Position numbers and translations under genes: made by a program. The notes under the pieces are model-generated. The model saw nothing but the letters and a program-made list of their open reading frames with translations, did no database searches and had not been told where the DNA came from. A DNA stretch of 63,867 nt from Octopus bimaculoides (taxonomy: Eukaryota). Location of the stretch: the NCBI RefSeq assembly GCF_001194135.2, contig NC_068991.1, positions 75,546,829 through 75,610,695 of the forward strand, written 5' to 3'. Positions 54,213-63,867 of the stretch are shown piece by piece. The stretch's first letter is position 1; each line of letters begins with the position of its first letter.

Positions 54213-54608
54213 TATATCCATATTTAGATGGATAGATAGATTTAGATTTAGATTTATACCTATTAAATTTCTGGTTGCTTCACAATAATCTATGGCCACA
54301 CTTGGATCCATCGTTAAAAGTCTTGCGTTAATCATATTGAATTAAGTCTGCAATGTATGGAAATCTGTAAATATATTTGTCGAATTTTCAAACTGCGAGA
54401 CATCAACAAAGAGCACCGTTATTTAAGCGGTGTCGATGTAAAGATAGATATAGTCACAGGCCTAGAAACACGAATACGGCGATGCACACACACACACACA
54501 CACGCACACATACACACACACACACGCACACGCAAACACACACACATATATATATGTATACGTCAACTTAAAATACACATATACATATATATGCATACAC
54601 GCATTAGT

Positions 54609-54685
<77 letters not shown>

Positions 54686-54941
54686 CATACACATATATAT
54701 ATACATACATAAACGCATATATACATATATATACATACATATATACACATACATACATGAGCATAAATACGCGCACATATGTACACTGGCAGTTTCATAT
54801 ATTTAAAGTCGGAGAAATGAAAATTAATAATAAAATGGAAGCTTTCATCTAAACGAGCGCATTAAAGTTGTTATTTATGCTTTATCGCGAAACATATGAA
54901 CTTGCATTTTATCGATAAGGCCATTATAGTTACAGACACGA

Positions 54942-55000
<59 letters not shown>

Positions 55001-55224
55001 CACATATGTACACATATATAAGAGAAAAAATATATATACAAATGTAAAATAGTACATTTAGAAGTACGTATATGCTTGCATTCGTTGCTATGTCTGTAAG
55101 AGCGCACACTTAAAAAAATGTCTGTACATAAATTTATAAATACGTAATTATATGCAAATATACGTGAATACATGTACGTACTCGCTCACACATATACACT
55201 CATATGTATACGTATGTATGCATG

Positions 55225-55268
<44 letters not shown>

Positions 55269-55524
55269 CATACACATATACATATATGTTCAGCCATATA
55301 TAATTGCATAGAAGCTTAGGAACACATACACACGTATATGCAATCATAATTAGTTACGCATACATACCACCTCCATACATACATAATTATATACTTCTCG
55401 ACTTATATTTACACACATACCCACTGCACACCTACAAACAGACATATGTATGTATGCATATATATATATACTCACGTACATATATAAGTACTTATATTAC
55501 TCCTTATTCGCATATATAGATGAG

Positions 55525-55556
<32 letters not shown>

Positions 55557-56639
55557 TAGGCAAACATATAAATCTGCTTGCCTACGCACATATATAAATA
55601 CGTTACATATATTCCTTGTTATGTACAAACATAGAGGAGTATAGATGTATATTCGTAGACATATATCCTGACAGTAGATTGACGCAAAAATAAATGAATA
55701 CGTACATATACATATCTAATATGGAATTTCTGTAAATAACTTCTCCTAATTCGAAATTCTATACAAATATTATATTAAAAAAATCCCCCATAAAGTATGG
55801 ATAAAAATGCTCACCATGTGATTAATTAGACGGAAGTTCTCGAATCATTTCTGTATATATGGCACAGTAGAACGAAAAAAATAACAGGTTCCATAACTTT
55901 AGAAGATAAATGTATTCTGAAAGTTAACTATTCTGTGAATATTTTAAATTATTCTCTGATAGCTATATCGTCAATGGAGATTTAGGTCAATGATTTTTTT
56001 ATTCAACAAATTCGTTTCCACCTTACTATCTTTATTCCAATGAAATGGAAAGATTTTAGCAGATTACAAAGAAAGGAGGAAAAAAATGAAGAGAGATAAG
56101 ATGAGACAGAAAAGAAACAAGAAACACAAAGAGGGAAAATATATATTTATCTATAAAATAGATGATTACATACATTTACGTGTAGATATGTTTGTGCGTG
56201 AATATGCGTATTTTTAAGCATACAGAGTCACGCGTGCAATGACTTCCCTGCTTGCACGCGGGCACGTGTGTGCATAAACACAAATGCACAACCCTACATG
56301 CATAGGTACTGCGTAAATACATACATGCATTCATACGTACAAACACACACGCACGAACGCACGCACGCATGCACGCACACACACACATACACACAGACAC
56401 ACACACACAAACATATGCACACACAGACATACCTACAAAGAAGAAATAATATATTTGCGAAGACTACATTCAAAAGAAAGAGCGTTGTTTCTGTGTTAGA
56501 AACCGGCTCATTCGCTGTTAGTGGGAGAATCAGAAAATATAACAAGTAAACCTGAATATTATATATGACGATATATGCGTATACATGCATGCACGCGCAC
56601 AAACACATACACAAACGCACAAACACACGCATTCGCACA

Positions 56640-56870
56640 CGCACGGACGCACAGAAGCGCGTATAATGAGCTTTTTGTTATTTCGCCTCTTATTGGACTG
56701 GTTTAAGCCAATACTCAAAGGTATTTCAAACATGACCATCCAGCAGATTTGTATGCCGAGGACTACATTGGCCCATGTGTCGTTCCATGTGTCATTTTCA
56801 TCTTTCAAAAGATGATGCAATAGAAAAAGGCTTCTATAATTTATCCGACCATTGACGTGGTGCCAGTGAT
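56640..56870. repeat. Copy 1 of a locally duplicated segment of about 230 bp
   Basis: Aligns with 58698-58925, e.g. ctcaaaggtatttcaaacatgac and catgtgtcattttcatctttcaaaaga. Confidence 0.85.
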
Positions 56871-58251
56871 TTCAGCAGGTATAAGCGTTTCTTAATACAG
56901 CTAATAGTCAATAGTTTGTTACTCGGCTATCTTTATGTTTCGGATTAGTGCCACCTGTAAAGCACGGGAGATTTTTGCCGCATCCTGTAGATAGCATGAA
57001 TTATTGGCTTGACATAAATCCGTTCGTTTCCTTTCCACGTGGCACTCTATCGTCATACGTCTGAAAAGGGGTAAAATTTATTCAAATTTCAAAAACGTTA
57101 AACAAAATTGTAGAAGAGCAGCTCAGCATTTTTGCTATATAAAAATCTATAATTTTTTGGCGCTAATTCAGAAAACACGGAAAAGGAGTAAAATAAAAAG
57201 AAAATTGTAAAAAAAAGAAACGAATTTATCGGGCAGCCTAATATATTTATTGAGTAACTCGGTAGACTGATCAGCAATAATGATTAGCTACTGACGCATG
57301 GCTGTTTAACTGTACAATCACAGTACGTGGAGTCCGGCCACGTTCCTATATCTTTGATCTTACTTTACTACTAAATCAACCCTCAAGTGACTGATCTCCA
57401 TTATATAATCAATTATAGTTATCTTTATCATCATGCGTATCCTATATCTTGTTAAATTAGGTGCACTGCTGCTTTAATCTTTATCGTTATCTAAGCTAAC
57501 CTTACTTATAATCTCAGTTTAACATCAGCTAAGTGTATTTAATCCTCGATAACAAAATATTCCATCTCCGATCAGTTCTAAAATACTGAACTTCCTTCTG
57601 ATACTTCTATTTAGTTACAATGACACTTTCTAGCATCATAGCAATCAACTCTTTGCTATAAACTATCCAAATTCTTTACTTCTGTTTCTTTACTAACAAA
57701 AGCATTAACCTCCATTGTTTTTACTAATAATTAAACTAAACTTCAGAGTTGTACTTCTCCTTTCTGTTGCTTAATCTGAGACTGTGTTCAAGAGCGATTC
57801 TAATTAGTTAAAAACACACAGAAGTTAAATTCACTTTGAATTTTGAATATATTGCCCAAGATATCAAAGCGTTTATCGTTCAGCTGTACCATGCTCACTG
57901 ACACACTTCCACTGTTACTGTTCTTCCAGGACTATGGCTGACTTTCGTTTTTTTTTGTTTTTGCTATATTTCCTGTAGAGCTTAAAGACAATTAAATTTG
58001 TTCTATTCATGTATATTGGAGTTGATTTCCTGATAACGGTTTATCGCCGTTAGTAATTTTCAGCGACTAATTTTCTTTACAATTTTCTTTTTTTTTGTTT
58101 CTCTCTAGCATTGTCTAAACTTAAGGTCCCTTACTGTTATTTGTGATATGGGTGTATATTTAATTCTTCGAGTTAATAGTCACAACATTTTACTTCTATT
58201 ACTCTTAATTTTAACTTCACATAGCACATAGTGTAACTATAATCGTTACTA

Positions 58252-58502
58252 TTGGGTTGGTGCATAATTATTGTGACTTTTTTCCAACAAATTTTATTCA
58301 ACAAAAACAATAACAATATTTAACAAAAACATCTTTAAATGACAGCCTGACCATTTGCCAAGCAAATGGGAAGCAAAAAGTTATGTAGATGGTGAATATG
58401 CTCCGGAATAATCATTTAAAGATGGTTTTATGACCTGTTGTTATTGCTTTTGCTGAATAAAATCTTTTTAAAAAAAGCCGCAATAATTATGTACCAACCC
58501 AA
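58252..58502. mobile_element. mariner-derived MITE with 91-bp inverted arms
   Basis: TA|TTGGGTTGGTGCATAATTATTG...CAATAATTATGTACCAACCCAA|TA. The 69-nt spacer translates to QPDHLPSKWEAKSYVDGEYAPE*, which resembles a mariner C-terminus. Confidence 0.85.
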
Positions 58503-58697
58503 TATTTGAACGATCTATGCATTTTTATTTTTGATTCAAATATTTTACGTTGTTTTCCTTTACTTATTGTTTCTAGCTTCACAAAAGATGGATATGCATA
58601 GAAACGATTATCTTTCCTTGAGTAGCAAATCTCTTTCGTCCTCAGTCTCTACAGTATATACAACTTGTAAGACCACAACTTACACATATGTATGAAC

Positions 58698-58925
58698 AAG
58701 CACGGACGCAAAAAAGCGTGTATCATGAGTTATTTTTTGTTATTTAGCCTCTTATTGGGCTGGTTTAAGAAAATGCTCAAAGGTATTTCAAACATGACAA
58801 TCCTGCAGATTGGTATGTCGAAGAATACATTGTCACATCTGTCGTTTCATGTGTCATTTTCATCTTTCAAAAGACGCCGCGACAGAAAAAAAACCTCCAT
58901 AATTTATACGACCATTAATATGATG
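58698..58925. repeat. Copy 2 of the duplicated segment
   Basis: See 56640-56870. Confidence 0.85.
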
Positions 58926-58951
58926 CCACACACACACACACACAGACACAC

Positions 58952-59003
<52 letters not shown>

Positions 59004-60207
59004 GTGTGTGTACATTTATTTAATACATTTAGACTACATCTTATAAAACCTACACCGTGAAAAACAAATGTGAATACATACATCTTATACTTTGATAGAT
59101 GTAGATATAGACGCAAATAAATACATAGTGATAGGTATATACGCGTACATATATATGCATATAGGTATACATGTATACTATACTATATATAATGTATATG
59201 AAATGTATAAATATGATATATATTATACATTTGTATAATACACTGGCGTACAAAAGGAGGTATACAGTCATCCAAAAACAAAACACATTCTATACTCATT
59301 TATGTTTATGAAAAAAAAATCAATCAAAAATTATAATTAAAGTAATATTATAGTTTTGATAAATGTAGTAGTATGATTAATTACACTGAAAATATCAAAG
59401 ATGAGGTTGAATTTTCAATTTGTTTGATAAAAATATATGAGTGTTGTACGTATTTTTTTTTCTTCATAATTGTATACATACTTTTGCACAGCCTTGTTTA
59501 TAAGAGTCTGTAATGTGTGTGTGCACGAGCTAATTTGCTTTTTATCTTCTCCCTGTGTTCCTTTGCTTCGTGCCTACGAATCTAGCATAAAACTTCCTGA
59601 GAGGAAAATAAAATCTTTCCTCATAGTACAATAACTTTAATAATATATATATATATATATATANNNNNNNNNNNNNNNNNNNNNNNNNNNNNNNNNNNNN
59701 NNNNNNNNNNNNNNNNNNNNNNNNNNNNNNNNNNNNNNNNNNNNNNNNNNNNNNNNNNNNNNNNNNNNNNNNNNNNNNNNNNNNNNNNNNNNNNNNNNNN
59801 NNNNNNNNNNNNNNNNNNNNNNNNNNNNNNNNNNNNNNNNNNNNNNNNNNNNNNNNNNNNNNNNNNNNNNNNNNNNNNNNNNNNNNNNNNNNNNNNNNNN
59901 NNNNNNNNNNNNNNNNNNNNNNNNNNNNNNNNNNNNNNNNNNNNNNNNNNNNNNNNNNNNNNNNNNNNNNNNNNNNNNNNNNNNNNNNNNNNNNNNNNNN
60001 NNNNNNNNNNNNNNNNNNNNNNNNNNNNNNNNNNNNNNNNNNNNNNNNNNNNNNNNNNNNNNNNNNNNNNNNNNNNNNNNNNNNNNNNNNNNNNNNNNNN
60101 NNNNNNNNNNNNNNNNNNNNNNNNNNNNNNNNNNNNNNNNNNNNNNNNNNNNNNNNNNNNNNNNNNNNNNNNNNNNNNNNNNNNNNNNNNNNNTGCATAT
60201 AAGCTTA

Positions 60208-60297
<90 letters not shown>

Positions 60298-60309
60298 CAT
60301 ACATGGATA

Positions 60310-60520
60310 CAGAATATCACCAACTGTAAACAACATGGAGTACGAAAACTAACGAGTTAAATACGCAAAGAGGGAACGAATGGAAAACAGGACAAGTAAC
60401 ACAAAGAACGACCCTTCAAAAGTTGTTGGCTGTCTATCTACTCACCACTTCGAGCAATCAACGACAATATGTCTTCGAAGACAGTTGCTCTCATAACTTC
60501 CAAATTAAAATCTTGGATGT
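60310..60520. repeat. Unclassified interspersed repeat, copy 2
   Basis: Homologous to 21345-21560. Confidence 0.6.
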
Positions 60521-61075
60521 ATGGAGGGTCAGAGTTGGGAACAAACACAGGACAGTAGAGACATATAAGGAAACCGAACCAAAACAAACATGGAGGGTCG
60601 TTAGACCAGAACGAGAGGAAAATAGTGAATGTTGAGAGAAATATTTTCTTTGAAAAGAGAAAAAATAGAAGAGAGAGATAGAATACGTCCAGTCCCTAGG
60701 ACAGTCCAGAGGGAAAAGAAAGGAGGTCACGTGAGGAAAAGAAAGATGGACAAATGTCACGTGTGAGCAACGAGAGAGGGAAAAGAGAGAGAGGGGAGAG
60801 AGAGACAGACAGACAGGTAGAAAACGGTGAAGAGGAGAAAGCAGTACAGAGTAGAGTTGCATCAAAACATGTGTGTGTGTGTTTGTGTGTATGCATGTAT
60901 AAGCTTGTTTTTAATGAGATGTTTAGTAAGTGGACAATACTCAACTATCCAATGAGATCCTACGAAATGGATTATATAATTTAGCTAAAAAGTTCAATGT
61001 TTTACTTTACCACATTTTTTCTACTATATGCGTTCTTAGGACAACAAACGATAACTGTGAATTATAGTTTCATAT

Positions 61076-61337
61076 TAAAAAAAAAATAAATGCGCCCTTT
61101 TAAAGCCTAGCCAGGCTCATGGGCCCGGTTTCCCGGTTTCAATGGCGTATGTGTTACCAGCTGGACGGGACGCCAGTCCATTGCAGCGTTACTTATTTTT
61201 GCCAGCTGAGTGGACTGGAGCAACGTGAAATGAAGTATTTTGCTCAAGAACACAACACGTCGCCCGGCTCAGAAATCGAAACCACAATCTTACGATCATG
61301 ATGCTGACACCCTAACCACTAAGCCACGCGCCTCCAC
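61076..61337 (-). mobile_element. Young tRNA-derived SINE, type D, with CORE-like and V-like domains
   Basis: Perfect 12-bp TSD atagtttcatat (61064-61075 and 61338-61349), head gtggaggcgcgtggcttagtggttaggg, and a T-rich tail. Confidence 0.85.
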
Positions 61338-62706
61338 ATAGTTTCATATACCAGTCTTTAATAATATAGAAGGAAAAAAACCCCCGATAAATGCGAAAAT
61401 GTTATTTCAGATCTTTGTAGTGGAAGGGAAACTTATTAACAAAACGTGTCAGGGTTTACGTGTGTGATCCTAGGAGAGAAAAAAGAACACAAATAAAGGA
61501 AGAGAAGAGACAATAAAGGAAATAAAAAAGTCATACATGAAATTTTGTCATATAATCCTTATGCTTTGTTTTCCAAGAAAATTGTTACTGTGTTCAATTA
61601 TAGCAACTCCAGTATCTATAAATTTCCTTTGATGAAGCGTATCTAGTTTATGAAATTACATTGTGGTGGTTAAAGATGATAAATATGGTATCAAAATTGG
61701 TATTAAATGGGCTATAAAGTAAATTGGTATTAACTGGACTTAGAAAATATAAGATAAATTTGAAAGAAATATAAACATACATGGAGAAGCTAATTTGACG
61801 GCATGTGGGGATGCTAATGTGTTTCGTATTTCTCCTCTCGCACGAATGATTGCATGGTTACTGTCATACATTTTATCACAATATTAACCGAGCCTCTTTG
61901 CTAAACTCCCATCTAAAACACTTGAATGCTTACTGTTAACCTCATCTATTACACACATACACACAAAGAATGAAACTAGTGTATGTAATTAAACCTGGAG
62001 TAATTGTATTGTTTACTTCCTTCTTTTTTGTTATTAATCCCTGCCCTTTAAATGACGGTATACACCCCTTGGGAACCGTTTATTACTTTCAGGTCAAATC
62101 ATATTACAGATCCATGCTTTTGGTACACGCCGATGCGAGTTATGTACATGCAGAGATTTATCTATGCTATTAATTAATTATCTATGCTATTAATATTTAC
62201 CACCTACCCCTATAAACTCTCTGGTATTGTGTTCGTGATTTCCCTTATAATCTCTCTTATCTCTCCTTTGTCTGGTTATTGTCAACTGATGTCTTTATAG
62301 TACCATTTCTTGTTTTGTCATCCCCGCTCTTCATCTTCCCATCTTTCCCTTCATCTTTCTCTATACTCTCTCCACTCTTCAGGACTATATCGCAATAAGT
62401 GTATTTCATAGCAGTGTTAACAAATATTTACACTTACTGTGCAACCTGGATCCATGGAACATGAGTTATTTCCTACACCCTCGACACTATGAGCCTTTGT
62501 TACGTAATCAATATGGCTACAGCATAAGTCCTGGTGCGCCCGAAACGGCTGTCAGGAAAAGCCTATGGCATAACTCCATTTGTCTTTGGTATTCTATGTT
62601 TTGTATTCATGCAAATATATTCGCGTGTGTTTATCTGTGTTTATCTGCTTAATTACGTGTATCTATAAAACCTATGGATATGTATGTATACACATACACA
62701 CACATA

Positions 62707-62742
<36 letters not shown>

Positions 62743-62926
62743 TGTATGTATGTATGTATGCATGTATGTATGTATGTGCGTGTGTGCGTGTATGTGCGTG
62801 CGTGCACGTGTATATGCTGGTGTCTAACATTAATATTCCATATTCAAATAAATCTTCGATAAGTCAGCGTAGTTTTCATATTCATGCCTAAATTTATATA
62901 TGTATATGTATACACATATGCACACA

Positions 62927-62983
<57 letters not shown>

Positions 62984-63623
62984 GTGTATGTATATACATA
63001 TGCATGTATGTATGTATGTGTATATGTATGTCCGTATGTGTTTATGTATGAATGTACATATTTATGCATGTATCTATTTCGAAATAGGATTTCTGAATCA
63101 GTGTGTCAAACAAAGCAACGTAGGAAATATGATAATGCATTAGAAAGACAACTTTTACATCTAAATTGTCTTTCCGGCGCTTCCTACTAAATCACCAAAT
63201 AATGGGATATGATATATCGGCAACAACCATCCCCTGCAGTGCACCATCATGGCCGCTGTGAAATGACTGGAACCAATTCCCAAGTAAACATATATAAAAG
63301 ATTATTTGGTCACATTTGTTTACGGAATATTTCCATTTCCGAAATAGTTTTACCTGCGATAGATACGCTCGTATACTTTTACCATTTGACCATCATAAAG
63401 CCCGATCTTTCTGTAAATATCCATTGTAACTAGATATCCCGCTCCTTTGCACTCTACATATTAGTCGGAAAAACTAAAGAGCTTATAAATGAAGAGCTAA
63501 CAAGTTTACTACGAAATATATATATATATATATATAAGATAAGAGATCTGTTATAACGGACTTAATATGAAGGATATTATACTTTCTTCTCAGCAAAAAC
63601 GACATCTACATATATTCAGAGAT

Positions 63624-63655
<32 letters not shown>

Positions 63656-63656
63656 G

Positions 63657-63699
<43 letters not shown>

Positions 63700-63808
63700 A
63701 TATGCCCACATGATAATGAGTAATGAAACATCCTCATTTGTGTACTAGACATGCAAATCTATTATGTAAATACAAGCATATCATCGCATATGCATATATG
63801 ATCACACA

Positions 63809-63867
<59 letters not shown>

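Overview
Eukaryotic, AT-rich, microsatellite-dense animal DNA with many N gaps. The SINE families (tRNA-derived, CORE-type) suggest a coleoid cephalopod, most likely Octopus (inference from recalled repeat families; no search was run). I found no CRISPR array, rRNA, bona fide tRNA gene or prokaryotic operon. Most ORFs in the supplied track are artefacts of (TA)n/(CA)n/(TAA)n repeats or N runs. The window is mostly layered transposon debris: a Chapaev3-like DNA transposon, a MULE deletion derivative, mariner and Tc1 fragments, piggyBac/hAT/mariner MITEs, a HINE-like element, several Dong/R4 LINE ends sitting in (TAA)n tracts, RTE and CR1-like LINE remnants, and at least four SINE types. The only reasonably supported host coding sequence is the 3' end of a minus-strand spliced gene at about 1.9-2.8 kb, encoding an unidentified membrane protein; its upstream exons are only candidates. 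The best second-look items are that orphan gene, a decayed minimal hammerhead ribozyme fold at 41.5 kb, an RFX X-box at 28.7 kb, the (TAA)n-targeted Dong insertions and chimeras, and several unexplained foldback, tandem and duplicated structures. I cannot support a claim of a new biological system from this sequence alone.
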